In this document: in pieces, positions 1 to 12,776 of the stretch
How positions within the stretch are numbered: the stretch's first letter is position 1
How the letters are laid out: every line of letters starts with the position of its first letter
Source: Octopus sinensis
Lineage: Eukaryota
NCBI RefSeq assembly: GCF_006345805.1
Contig: NC_043007.1
Span: 24,366,001 to 24,430,000, forward strand
Length of the DNA stretch: 64,000 nt
Direction: 5' to 3'
Notes under the pieces: generated by a model
Told to the model about the DNA's origin: nothing
The model's database searches: none
What the model saw: only the letters and a program-made list of their open reading frames with translations
Made by a program: the position numbers and the translations under genes

Positions 1-410
1 CAGTGTTAAGATAAGGTGACACAAACACCTACCCACACGTGCACACATATACATACAAATGCACATGCACACATGCAATTGCACACACGCACATGCACAC
101 ATGACAAATTTCTTTCAGTTTCCATCTACTAAACCCATCCACAAGGCTTAAGATTTTGGTTGACCTAGGATTATAGTAGAAGACACCTACCCAAAGTGCC
201 ATGCAGAGGGACTGAACCTGGAACCATGTGGTTGGAAAACACACTTCTTAACCACACAGCCAAGCCTGCATCATATGTATAATATAGGGTGGCCCGAAAG
301 TAGGTTTACAGTTATTCAATTATCCCTTTCGCATTCATATATTAATGGTGTTATGCAAATAACGTTGATATAAAGAGAATGCACATTCGACAGGAAGAGG
401 AAGAGAGAGA

Positions 411-803
411 TGGATGGAAGGACTCCGTTGGTTACGACGATGAGGGTTCCGGTTGATCCGAATCAACGGAACAGCCTGCTCGTGAAATTAACGTGTAAGT
501 GGCTGAGCACTCCACAGACACGTGCACCCTTAACGTAGTTCTCGGGGATATTCAGCGTGACACAGAGAGTGACAAGGCCGGCCCTTTGAAATACAGGTAC
601 AACAGAAACAGGAAGTAAGAGTGAGAGAAAGTTGTGGTGAAAGAGTACAGCAGGGATCACCACCATCCCCTGCCGGAGCCTCGTGGAACTTTTTTAGGTG
701 TTTTCGCTCAATAAACACTCACAACGGCCGGTCTGGGAATCGAAACCGTGATCCTATGACCGCAAGTCCGCTGCCCTAACCACTGGGCCATTGCGCCTCC
801 ACT
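411..803 (-). mobile_element. tRNA-derived SINE family A (tail type 1), full length
   Basis: tRNA-like head with A/B boxes (TGGCCCAGTGG, GGTTTCGATTCC). TSD aggaagagagaga at 398-410 and 804-816. Near-identical to copies at 14428, 36206 and 47367. Confidence 0.9.
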
Positions 804-976
804 AGGAAGAGAGAGAACGGCCATTCGGAATAACATACAGGACTATGACTAAAAATTAGTTTCGCTGAACCTGTGTTAGATATTTGCACTTTTACAATCT
901 GGTCACTGATACAGTTCCATCATAGCTCAGGGTCAGAGATGACAAAAATTTAGACACCAAATAATAAATATTTAAA

Positions 977-1390
977 TCGTGGTTGTGTGGCAAGTAGCTT
1001 GCTTACCAACCACATGGTTCTAGGTTCAGTCCCACTGCGTGGCACCTTGGGCAAGTGTCTTCTACTATAGCCTCAGGCCGATCAAAGCCTCGTGAGTGGA
1101 TTTGGTAGACGGAAACTGAAAGAAGCCCATCATATATATGTATATGTATATATATCTATATATATATGTGTGTGTGTATGTGTTTGTCCCCCCCCCCAAC
1201 ATTGCTTGACAACTGATGCTGGTGTGTTTGCATCCCCGTAACTTAGCAGTTCGGCAAAAGAGACCGATAGAATAAGTACTAGGCTTACAAAGAATAAGTC
1301 CTGGGGTCGATTTGCTCGACTTAAGGCGGTGCTCCAGCATGGCCACAGTCAAATGACTGAAACAAGTAACAGAGTAAAAGAGTAAAAGAG
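977..1390 (+). mobile_element. SINE family B (tRNA-like head, CORE-like CCTTGGGCAAGTGTCTT, internal (TA)n(TG)n, (AAAAGAGT)n tail)
   Basis: About 30 full or partial copies in the window share head and tail. Confidence 0.88.
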
Positions 1391-1749
1391 TTCTTTAATG
1401 GTTATTATGTGACATCCACATTGCAATCGTTTTAGTCTCAACACAGAGTCTCAGATCAAATCAATTTATTAGGCAAGTACATCTCTGAAATTAATATAAT
1501 ACACTAAATGTAAATAAAAAGCAAAGAAAAAATGTAATGGCGCCATTAAGCTTGATAATGACTTTGTATATCTTAAGGTTCTTCAACACAAAATGGTCAA
1601 AAAGATTACAAAACCATTGGAATGTGTACTCGTGCTAATGCAATTGGTATAACAATGCGCATATCGACAAAATGGCATTTGATAATGAACTGTCACAGAA
1701 AATGGAAAGTGAAGCAGTAATTCTCAACACTTTTTCATTAATGTATGAT

Positions 1750-1841
1750 TACACACACACACACACAAATACTATATATGTGTATATATACATACATATA
1801 TACATATACATATATATACATATATATATATATACATACAC

Positions 1842-1880
<39 letters not shown>

Positions 1881-1883
1881 CAC

Positions 1884-1945
<62 letters not shown>

Positions 1946-1953
1946 TATGTATG

Positions 1954-1999
<46 letters not shown>

Positions 2000-2011
2000 C
2001 ATATATATATG

Positions 2012-2043
<32 letters not shown>

Positions 2044-2065
2044 CAAATATATATATATACACACA

Positions 2066-2115
<50 letters not shown>

Positions 2116-2165
2116 AGCACATAGATGTATATTCACATACAAACACACATATACATACACATACA
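1750..2165. repeat. Compound (TA)n/(CA)n microsatellite (one of many)
   Basis: Other large arrays: (TA)n 13575-13877 and 33150-33460; (GAT/GAC)n 19585-19965; (GAG/GAA)n 29995-30275; (GA)n 31380-31620; (TG)n 34995-35205; (GATA)n 35720-35940; (CTAT)n 44220-44640; 63320-63850. Confidence 0.95.
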
Positions 2166-2777
2166 CACCAACATAATCTGAATCACCTCTGCTGCTGCCA
2201 CCACCACTGTTACATATCAACAATGGCTGTGACGCAGTGGGGGGAGGAGGAGTAAATACACACACATACACACACACAACTATCCATGACTAACACCCAT
2301 ACAATCTCTGTCAACTAAATCCACATACATATATAAGCACATACATACATGTATATGCACATAAAAACACACACACACACACATACCCACCAACACAACC
2401 TCAGTCACCTCTGCCACTGCTGCCACCACTGTTATGTATCAACATTGGTTGTCAAGCGGTGATGGGAAGAGGAGCAAACACACACACACACACACACAGA
2501 GGCACACACACATAGACACACACAGGCACACACACATAGACACACACAGACACACACACACACATTCACGACTAATGGCCATACAGTCTCTGTCAAGCGA
2601 ATCCACTCAGGAGGCATTGGTTGACTCAGGGCTGGCTGTAACGGAAGACACTCACCCAAGGTGCCACATAGTGGGACTGAACCTGAAACCATGCAGTTGC
2701 AAAGCTGGCTTTTTAACCACACAATTTGCTCGGTTCATTAAGTTTATTTTTATTGAGAAAAACAATATTATCTATAA

Positions 2778-3077
2778 CTAGCAGTATCGCCCGGCGTTGC
2801 TCAGGTTTGAAAGGGAAATAACTATACAAGCATTTTTAGAGAGTTACTTCCCTTATATAATAGCAAAAATGCATTAAAATGGAAAACAGTGATGGTAAAT
2901 TATTTTTAAAATCGTAGACTCATCGTAGACGCGGGCTAATACCCAGAAGGGCTCGATATGAATCACGACTATAAGATACTCAGTTTTGGTTAAACTGCAC
3001 CGCAAAATGTGGGAGTAGTTAGAAATCTAAATCGAAGGGGACAGACACTCACACAACTACAGTTTTATATATAAAGA
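2778..3077 (-). mobile_element. Non-autonomous Helitron (family H1)
   Basis: 5' TC, 3' CTAG preceded by a GC-rich hairpin (CCTG-AGCAACGC-CGGG), inserted between A and T with no TSD. A second copy lacking the 3' end lies at about 21558-21824. Confidence 0.8.
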
Positions 3078-3120
3078 TATCATGTGAAAATTAATTGTGA
3101 TTCTTATTCATGAAAAATAC

Positions 3121-3529
3121 TAGGCATAGGAGTGGCTGTGTGGTAAGTAGCTTGCTTACCAACCACATGGTTCTGAGTTCAGTCCCACTGCGTGGCACCT
3201 TGGGCAAGTGTCTCTACTATAGCCTCGGGCTGACCAAATCCTTGTGAGTGGATTTGGTAGACAGAAACTGAAAGAAGCCCATCGTATATATGTATATACA
3301 TATGTATGTGTGTATATACGTTTCTGTGTCTATGTTTGTCCCCCAACATCACTTGACAACCGATGCTGTGTGTTTACGCCCCTGTAACTTAGCAGTTCGG
3401 CAAAAGACACCAATAGAATAAGTACTAGGCTTACAAAGAATAAGACCTGGGGTTGATTTGCCCGACTAAAAGCGGTGCTCCAGCATGGCCACAGTCAAAT
3501 TACTGAAACAAGTAAAAGAGAAAAGAGAG
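3121..3529 (+). mobile_element. SINE family B
   Basis: Full-length match to the family. Confidence 0.88.
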
Positions 3530-3825
3530 AATTGCCTAAAGAATTCTCTCTGATTGCACTGACATAGCAGACACAGAAAGAATTTTACAGGCAATTTTGG
3601 CAGAACCGAGATGCTTTTCTCCATTCTTTCTTCTTCATCACACCAGTGTATCTAAATCGTTTGGTCACTTTTTTAAAGATACCTGGTTAATTCTTTACTG
3701 TTTTTCTGAAGAGATATAAAAATCCTAAAATTCAGTTTCCTACATGGCAAAATGGACTGAATCTATAAGGGGATGCTGAAAAATTCCCGGCTTTGAATGA
3801 AAAAAAAATTCAGGAGGATTAGTTA

Positions 3826-4224
3826 CTCTTTTTTACTCTTTTACTCTTTTACTTGTTTCAGTCATTTGACTGCGGCCATTCTGGAGCACCACCTTTAATC
3901 GACTTATTCTTTTGTAAGCCCAGTACTTATTCTATCAGTCTCTTTTGCTGAGCCGCTAAGTAACGGGGACATAAACACACCAGCATCGGTTGTCAAGCAA
4001 TGCTAGGGGGACAAACACAGACACACAAACACACACACGCATATATATATACATATATATATATATATACATATATACGACAGGCTTCTTTCAGTTTCTG
4101 TCTACCAAATCCACTCACAAGGCTTTGGTCGGCCCGAGGCTATAGCAGAAGACACTTGCCCAAGATGCCACGCAGTGGGACTGAACCCGGAACCATGTGG
4201 TTGGTTAACAAGCTACTTACCACA
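3826..4224 (-). mobile_element. SINE family B (CCCAG/GCTAGGGGG subfamily), nested in a mariner-type MITE
   Basis: Diagnostic subfamily variants. Interrupts the MITE at 3766-4345. Confidence 0.88.
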
Positions 4225-4730
4225 CTGTCCCCCTCTCAGATTGAAACACTTTTGCAGCAGTCCTATAAATAAACTTGGAACGTTGGGTCTCCAACCAGGC
4301 CCTTCCTGATACCTTTAAAGCCAGGAACTTTTCAGTACCCTCTCATATGCTTCAATATTGATATTAAGAAGACTTGACACTTGCCCAAGGTGCCATTCAG
4401 TGGGACTGAACCCGGAACCATGTGGTTGGTAAGTAAGCTACTTACCACACAGCCACTAGATGTCAATAATCTTTCAAGTGCTTAGAACCCTCCTGAATTT
4501 TTTTCCCTGTCCCTAAGAGGCAAATTTTCTGTAGAAGCTCTACAGGACATTCCATTCCAATCTCAGGATAAAATTAAAATAGAGGGTTAAATTTTAATAG
4601 GTTAAATATGAACACTTCAAAAATTAGAGATTTGTATTATAAAACCAGAAGTGGCTTTAAGTGGTTTGGTATCAAATGTGTTAAACCACATAATAAAATG
4701 TTAAAAGTGTAAAAAAAAAAAAGTGTAAAA

Positions 4731-4765
<35 letters not shown>

Positions 4766-5087
4766 ACCTTGTTGCATTTGATCTTAACTGTGATATTTTG
4801 TTGCAGAGGGAGAAAAGAAAAAGGGCCAGATGAAACACATCCATACCCAGAGGGAAATCAAGACAAATTCGAAATTCTATAAATGCCTGAGAAATTCATC
4901 TGAGAAATCAAAAATTGGTAAACGAACATGAAAAATTTAATAATTAGCATTTAAACGAAAAATATGGTTTTGTTTCTTTTTGTTTTTACATTTTCTATGC
5001 ATTTGCAAGTATAAGATGTTCAATGATTCAATAACTATTTTCAGAGCTGCTTTTGCCTAAGATGGTATATGACCAAGTGTGTGTGTG

Positions 5088-5161
<74 letters not shown>

Positions 5162-5203
5162 CACACGATGAAACACACACACGATGAAACACACACACAC
5201 ACA

Positions 5204-5408
5204 CGAGGGGATGCTGAAAAGTCCCTGGCTTTGAGTAAAAGAAAATACAGGAGGACCAGTTAATTATTATTTTATTCAACATATTCTCCTCTCAAATTCA
5301 CACACTTATTCCAGTAGTTCTTCAGTTTTTCTAAGCCTTGTAAAAGGACTCAGAAGGCTGGGCCTTTCGCAATACCCTTAGAGCCAGGAACTTTTCAGCA
5401 CCCCTTTG
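5204..5408. mobile_element. Mariner-type MITE
   Basis: TIRs GAGGGGATGCTGAAAAGT / ACTTTTCAGCACCCCTTTG. Related copy at 3766-4345 (split by SINE B), solo TIR at 12137-12165, partial copy near 9402-9460. Confidence 0.75.
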
Positions 5409-5660
5409 TATGCTTATATATATATATATACACATATATATATATATATATATAGAGTACTGACCACTAAAAAAAAAAGGACAGCCTATATGCTAAATAT
5501 AGACGTCAAAATCGCCATTTTCCACACAGAATGTGGTCTCAAGAAAAAAATTCAGCAAAAAACCAGTGTAAAAATAAGCAAGGCAAGTGAAAATATACGA
5601 AATAAAAAAGTTTCACTTGTTAATATTTACATATAAATATTATTAATTTAGTGGTCAGTC

Positions 5661-6067
5661 CTCTCTTTACTCTTTTACTTGTTTTAGTCATTTGACTGTG
5701 GCCATGCTGGAGCACCGCCTTTAGTCGAGCAAATTGACCCCGGGACTTATTCTTTGTAAGCCCAGTACTTATTCTATCGGCCTCTTTTGCCAAACCGCTA
5801 AGTGACGGAGACGTAAACACACCAGCATTGGTTGTCAAGCAATGCTAGGGGGACAAACACAGACACACAAACACACACACATATATATATTTACATATAT
5901 ACGACAGGCTTCTTTCAGTTTCCGTCTACCAAATCCACTCACAAGGCATTGGTGGGCCCGGGGCTATACCAGAAGACACTTGCCCAAGGTGTCATGCAGT
6001 GGGACTGAACCCGGAACCATGTGGCTGGTTAGCAAGCTACTTACCACACAGCCACTCCTGCGCCTAT
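5661..6067 (-). mobile_element. SINE family B (subfamily)
   Basis: Full-length match with diagnostic variants. Confidence 0.88.
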
Positions 6068-6247
6068 GGTTAATATCATTTCTACCCTTATTTAATTATA
6101 TATATATATATATATATGCAGAAAAAAGGTTAGAGGTCTATACAAATCAAATTTTTATATATAAAAGATGGAGACGGAAGTAACACAGAAGAAAGTCTAA
6201 GACATTTCGATTCAAGAGGGAATTTAATAACAAATTATATAAAGAAA

Positions 6248-6286
6248 ATATTAAAGGTTTCGATGTATCTCATCTTATCAAATATC
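6248..6286 (-). ncRNA. Hammerhead-like motif, U3-A8 core variant (left arm of foldback), helix III damaged
   Basis: GATAT TTGATAA GATG-AGATA-CATC GAAA CC-TT T A ATATT. Confidence 0.5.
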
Positions 6287-6395
6287 AGTAAAAATTTATA
6301 AAAATTTGAAGTAAATAAAGTTTATCTTGTCTGTTCTTGAACCCACCAGACAGAAGATAAACTGTTTTTACTTCAAATTTTTATAAATTTTTATT

Positions 6396-6435
6396 GATAT
6401 TTGATAAGATGAGAGACATCAAAACTGGTAATATT
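6396..6435 (+). ncRNA. Hammerhead-like motif, U3-A8 core variant (right arm), G12A
   Basis: GATAT TTGATAA GATG-AGAGA-CATC AAAA CT-GG T A ATATT. Confidence 0.5.
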
Positions 6436-6656
6436 TTCTTTATATAATTTTTAAAATCATTTTTATTAAATTCCCTCTTAAATTGAAATGTCTTAGCAGT
6501 GTATCTTCCAGCTTTTTATGTTCTATATTCAATTTTCACTGAAGTTGACTGTGCCTTTCATCTTTCAAGGTTGATAAAATAAGTACCAGTTGAGCACTGG
6601 TACCCCTCCCACTAAGATTACAAGCATTGTACCAAAATTTGCAACAATTACTACTA

Positions 6657-7025
6657 TTATTATCTCTGCCTTAACAAACACAGGTATTGTTTTCAGTTGT
6701 GCTTGTTTGTTTGTTTGTCCGTGGACAAGATATCTCAAGAACAACTGGATGGATTCAGATGAAACTTTCAGGGATGTTTGGCCTTGTGACTGGCATGAAC
6801 TGATTAGATTTTGGGATTGATCTGGTACTGGACAAGGATTCTGGATTACTTTTCCTGTGTTTTTTTACTCAGTTTTTGAGAGTGGTTAGGTTCATTTTTA
6901 ATATTCCCGTTTGTGAGAGCAGTTGAGTTTATTTCAGATATTTTCATTGTAAAAACCATCTCTGGCTAATCGCTAAGAGGACATTGATGTTGCCTTGGTG
7001 AGGTTTGCATTCTCTGAGTGCTCTT
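6657..7025 (+). mobile_element. Helentron-associated (HINE/DINE-1-like) non-autonomous element
   Basis: T-rich start, degenerate subterminal IRs (tatctctgcc / ggtgaggtt), (GTTT)n, 3' stem-loop GCATTC-TCT-GAGTGC. Confidence 0.6.
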
Positions 7026-7041
7026 ATTATCATCATCATCA

Positions 7042-7073
<32 letters not shown>

Positions 7074-7077
7074 GTTA

Positions 7078-7117
<40 letters not shown>

Positions 7118-7410
7118 TAAGACGTTGAGCTGGCAGAATCGTTAGCATATTGGGCAAATGCTTAACAGCGTTTTACCTGTCACTATGTTCTGAGTTCAGA
7201 TTCTGCCGAGGCCAACTTTGTCTTTCATCCTTTTGGTGTCAATGAAATAACTACCAGTTAAGCACTGGGGTCGATTTAATCAACTTACTCCTTCTGAAAT
7301 TGCTGGTCTTGTGCCAGAAATTTAGAACTATTATTATTATTATTAGTCAATGAGTTAACTAATATTGGTTTCAAATTTTGGCACAAAGCCAGCAACTTCA
7401 GGGGAGGAGA

Positions 7411-7622
7411 AGGAGAGGAGCTTTCTCCGTCCGGGTTGCGGATCCGTGGAACAAGCTGCCAGACGAGATGGTGAAGATGCCGACGACCGCTTTGTTCAAA
7501 GCCTCCCTTGACCTCAAGTGGCCTGAACTCTTTACATGAACATCACCCTGTTCTTAACTCCATGTCCCCCTACATGGCCTTGCTATTTGCTTTTGAGCCA
7601 AATTAACTAACTAACTAACTAA
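7411..7622 (+). mobile_element. CR1-clade LINE 3' end, 5'-truncated, nested in a family-C SINE
   Basis: RRGAFSVRVADPWNKLPDEMVKMPTTALFKASLDLKWPELFT* resembles the CR1 ORF2 C-terminus. Short 3' UTR and (CTAA)n tail. Confidence 0.85.
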
Positions 7623-8516
7623 GTCATTTACATTGACCCCCTCCCCCCAGGAATCAACTGGTACTTATTTTATCAACCCCAAAAAGGATGAAAGGTAAAG
7701 TCAACCTCAGCAGAATTCGAACATAAAGATCGATAAAATACTGCCAAGTGTTTTTACCCAGCATGAGAACAATTCTGCCAGCTCACCGCCTTAATTAATT
7801 AACTAATTAATATTAACCAATTAACTAATTGATTAGTTGACAATCAAATTTGTGGCAGTGAAAAACCTAGAACAATCTTGGTCACGTCATTGATGAAATT
7901 GGGAATGGCGATGGAAAGGTTCTCCCAAACCAAGTAAATTGATTGATCAAATGATTGGTCAAGCAATCAATTAGTTAACTGATTAATTAGCTAAATAGTT
8001 GATTAATAATAATAGTAATTAATAAAACAAGGTAAATATAACCAACTGGTATGATTTTATTGGGAAAATGAACTTTTCAAAATAAAACAATTGTGTGTGT
8101 ATGTTTGTGAGTGAATATGTGTGTGTGTGTTAATGGTTATCTGAGTGTGTGTGAGTGTGTATGTATGTGAGTGTGTGTATATGTTAGTGTCTGTGCGTAT
8201 GTGAGTGTATATATGTGTTTGTCTGTATGTGGCTGTGTGTGCATGTGTAACTGTGTGTGCATGTGTAACTGTGTGTGCATGTGTAACTGTGTGCATGTGT
8301 AACTGTGTGGCCTTGTCTCAATGGCACTACAGAGTAGACAGAGCATGTTTTATGATATTAGTTCATCTGTCATTGTTGTTGATTACCAAAAGTATGTGAG
8401 TATGGGTGCATGTGTGTGTGTGTGTGTGTGTGCATGTGTGCGTATGTGGGTGCCTTGGAAGAATTGCTTTTACAACTGGATTATGCTCCTTTTAACTACC
8501 AACTCTCAGTTGTGAG

Positions 8517-8777
8517 TGGAGGTGCATGGCTTAGTGGTTAGGGTGTCAGTACCTTGATCGTAAGATTGTGGTTTTGATTCCTGGACTGGGCGACACATTG
8601 TGTTCTTGAGCAAAACACTTCATTTCACGTTGCTCCAGTCCACTCAGCTTGCAAAAATGAGTAACGCTGCGATGGACTGGCGTGTCGTCCAGCTGGGGAA
8701 CACATACACCATAGAAACCAGGAACCGGGCCCATGAGCTTGGCTAGGCTTTAAAAGGGCGTATTTATTTTATTTATT
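8517..8777 (+). mobile_element. tRNA-derived CORE-like SINE (family O)
   Basis: A/B boxes, TTGAGCAAAACACTTCATTTCACGTTGCTCCAGTCCACTCAG core, 13-bp TSD tctcagttgtgag. Related plus-strand copies at 17857-18114, 55190-55440 and 61785-61925. Confidence 0.87.
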
Positions 8778-9289
8778 TCTCAGTTGTGAGGCAGAGCATG
8801 GCACCTGTTATTTTTCTCTTTCAGATAGTAGAGTTAATGGCCTTGTCTCAATGGCACCACAGAGTAGACAAAGCATGAGGTTGATTTGTTTCAACCCTTC
8901 AAGGCAGTGCCCCAGCATGGCCACAGTCCAATGAATGAAACAAGTAAAAGATAAAAGATTATGATTCTTGAAAAAGGTTTCCTGCACCTAAGATAAATAT
9001 TATCTTAACCACTTTAATGTGATATGGCATCTAATGTTTTATGATATTAGTTCATCTGTCATTGTTGTTGATTACCAAAAACATTACACAAGAGAAGAAG
9101 ATGGGACACAGTGTGTTTGGCTGTAACCAGTCAGTCCAATGAGTGCCCAGAAGGCTCTGCTACAGGCTGGTCACTAGTGACCTGCAAGGACTGAAACCAA
9201 GGAGTTGGCTCTGGACATGTGTAGTTTACATTTTCTTTGTGTCCCTATTCTGTTCATATGATGTGACACATTTATTGGTGCAGCTTTGT

Positions 9290-9400
9290 CAGACAAGATG
9301 GTCTTGTATTTCCTAGGTCTTGTATTTGCCAGGCCAAGTGGTCTTGCATTTCCCAGATGTTGGGGTTGATCTCAAAGCTCTTCACTGATGCTTGAAGTAT
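9290..9400 (-). mobile_element. RTE-clade LINE C-terminal fragment
   Basis: DILQASVKSFEINPNIWEMQDHLAW resembles the RTE/BovB-type ORF end. Confidence 0.5.
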
Positions 9401-9582
9401 GTCCAACCAGGCCCTTTGCAATATCTTTAAAGCCAAGAACCTTAAAGCATGCCCCTCATACATGTGTGTGTATGTGTGTGCATGCATGCACAAATATGCA
9501 TGGATGTTGATGTTCTGCACTTGTTACCACTTGAATGAAATGATGATAATGTTGATATTCCTTGTTGACAATATGACCAAAG

Positions 9583-10044
9583 GTGCAGGCATGGCTGTGT
9601 GGTAAAAAGCTTGTGTTCCAACCACATGGTTCCAGGTTCAGTCCCACCATGTGGCACCTTGAGCAAGTGTCTTCTACTATAGCCTTGGGCCGACCAAAGC
9701 CTTGTGAGTGGATTTGGAAGACAGAAACTAAAAGAGGCATGTCATATATATATATATATACATATATATATATCATCATCATCATCTAACATCCGCTTTC
9801 CATGCTGGCATGGGTTGGATGGTTTGACAGAGGACTGGTGAGCTAGAGCTGCACCAGGCTCAATCTGGTCTGGCAAAGTTTCTGCATCTGGATGCCCTTC
9901 CTAACACCAACCACTCCAAGAGTGTAGTGGTTGCTTTTTATGTGCCACCAGCACAAGGGCCAGTCAAACATTTCTGGCAACGACCATGCTCAAAAGGTGT
10001 TATTTCATGCTACCTACATGGGAGCCAGTCTGGCAGCACTGGCT

Positions 10045-10075
<31 letters not shown>

Positions 10076-10295
10076 GTGTGTGTGTGTGTGTTTGCCCCCC
10101 CCCCCATAACTACTTGACAACTGGTGGTGTGTTTATGTCACCCATAACTTAGCAGTTTGTCAAAAGTAACTGACTGAATAAGTACCGTTTCTAAAGAAAA
10201 GAAACAAATATTGGGGTCGATTCAGTTGACTAGAACTTCTAGGTTGTGCTCCAGCATGGCCGCAGGCTAGTGACTGAAACAAGTATAAGATAAAG
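9583..10295 (+). mobile_element. SINE family B split by an RTE 3' end inserted in its internal (TA)n
   Basis: Head 9583-9770, RTE segment 9773-10046 (minus), tail 10047-10295. Confidence 0.8.
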
Positions 10296-10471
10296 GATAA
10301 ATGTTTTGTGCTCTCAGAGACCACTGGAATAAACTGGTGCTTTACTTGCAAAAGAGGTAAGCGTTGGCAACAGGAAGAGTATCAAGTCATAAAAATCCAG
10401 TCTCAAAAAACTCACTGTCTAACCAAAACCAGAAGGAAAATGGAAAATGGATGTTAAAGAAATGAACTAAT

Positions 10472-10897
10472 ATAGGTGCAGGAATGGCTGTGTGGTAAGT
10501 AGCTTGCTTACGAACTACATGGTTCTGGGTTCAGTCCCACTGCGTGGCACCTTGGGCAAGTGTCTTCTACTATAGCCTTGGGCCAACCAAAGCCTTGTGA
10601 GTGGATTTGGTGGATGGAAACTGAAAGAAGCCCGTCGAAAATATATATATATATATATATGGTGTGTGAGTATGTATGTGTGTGTGTATATATTTGTGTG
10701 TCTGCATTTGTCTCCCCCAACATCGCTTGACAACCGATATTGGTGTGTTTATGTCCCTGTAACTTAGGGGTTCTGCAAAAGAGACCGATAGAATAAATAC
10801 TAGGCTTACAAAGAATAAGTCCTGGGGTTGATTTGCTCAACTAAGCACGGTGCTCCAGCATGGCTACAGTCAAATGACTGAAACAAGTAAAAGCGTA
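10472..10897 (+). mobile_element. SINE family B
   Basis: Full-length match. Confidence 0.88.
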
Positions 10898-11074
10898 ACA
10901 AACAAATGAACAGACAGCTATACACACACATGCACACACATATATATCACATGATCATGTGACTGACTAGACTATCAGATGTTGTTACACATCGCTGGTC
11001 ACAATGTGCTTGGCATTGTTTGAACCTTCAAATGATGCCAGGTGAGCAGGCCAGTGGTGGTGACCCCCTTCGGT

Positions 11075-11390
11075 CAGACACTGACCATGGGTTTGCACCT
11101 AGAGAGTTCCCCTCTGAGGCACAAGTCTGGGCAAGGTTGTTTTATGGAAGACCAGCAGTCGCCCATGCATACCGGCCTCGCCTCTCCACGTCACCGATGT
11201 TGTCCAAGGGAAAGGCAAGCGCCGATACAGCTTGGCATCTGTGACGTCGCAACTCACTTCTACAGTTGAGTGAACTGGAGCAACGTGAAATAAAGTGTCT
11301 TGCTCAAGAACACAACACGCAGCCCGGTCCGGGATTCGAGCTCACGATCGTAAGCTCGATGCTCTAACCACTGAGCCACGCGCGTTCACT
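11075..11390 (-). mobile_element. SINE family O with a long alternative tail
   Basis: Same head and core, different tail. Further copies at 31700-31994, 45345-45662 and 62285-62600, all minus. Confidence 0.82.
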
Positions 11391-11868
11391 GAGCAGGCCA
11401 GTATTCTCCACTAATCAACAGAGGGGGGGGGACTGGAACAACATGAAATGCAGTGTTTTGCTCGAGAACACAACGTGCTGCCTGGTCCGGGAATTGAACT
11501 TATAATCTAGTGATCGTGAGTACAACAGCCTAACCACTAGGCCACACACCTGCAAAAACACATGCCCACGTCTGTATCTATGCATATATATGCGTGTGTG
11601 TGTGTTTATGTCTGTGTGTGCATGTGTGTGCCTGATTTTGCTAATTCATATCAGCATTGATATAAACATTGGCAAGAAGTCTGAAAGAGAGGAAAATATA
11701 TTTGTTTTGCATTGTGTTGCAGACATTCCCTTGTCAATCCTGCCATCACAGATCCATTGAAGAATTGATTGGTTCATTATATACATGTATGCAATCATAC
11801 TATGTCTTGTTAACAACAACAACACAAATAACAAGTAATATTATGAAATCATTCCGGTAGGAGACTTA

Positions 11869-12105
<237 letters not shown>

Positions 12106-12776
12106 TTAACAAAAGGGAAAGTATTTTGGGGGTATATACAAAGGGGTGCTGAAAAGTTCCTGGCTATATATATATATATAATATAAATTGGACATGGGGG
12201 ATCATTATATTCTTTCTTGTCTTGAGGTTCACAGCCAAACGGCAGGGGGGATTTGCGTGAAAAATGGGACACATATGGAGACAGGTGCATAGACTGTAAT
12301 GTGGTTTGTATTTTTTTCCTAGCTCCCATAGTTACTGAGAAAATTGATTAAAACTTTTTCTAATGGAATTCCCCTGTTTGTTCTGCCATTAAAACAACCA
12401 GTTGTTCACACAGCCGGCATATACCATTTCGCTAGCAACAAGGGGAGCACAGAACGACAGTCATCCAAAACTTTTGCTATGCTGTCACTTTTCATTCATC
12501 TCTTTGTGGGATTAATAATCTTAATCCTTAGTTAAAGTTTCTCATTCAAACCACATCATAGGCAGAATTAGAGGATTAAGACAGTAGGGTGCTTTGAGGG
12601 AGATTTGGCTGCTTTTCTACCAGGTCTAGCTACCATGTAGAGGTCTGAACTTAATTTTCATTCACATATTTGCATTTCAAAAATTTAACATAATCTTTTC
12701 CATAAACCAACTATTGTAAACATTTAATACGATGACCTCACATTTTCTATGTATGTGTATGTACCTTAAAAGACGT

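Larger units (their letters stand above)
6197..6496. repeat. ~300-bp foldback (two ~140-bp inverted arms, 13-nt loop)
   Basis: 6197-6333 is the reverse complement of 6347-6496, with few substitutions and small indels. Confidence 0.9.

Noticed and set aside
909-960. ATG-GAA-CT|GT on the minus strand as the end of the next CaMKI exon
   Set aside because: In-frame stop two codons upstream, no HPNIV and a weak donor.
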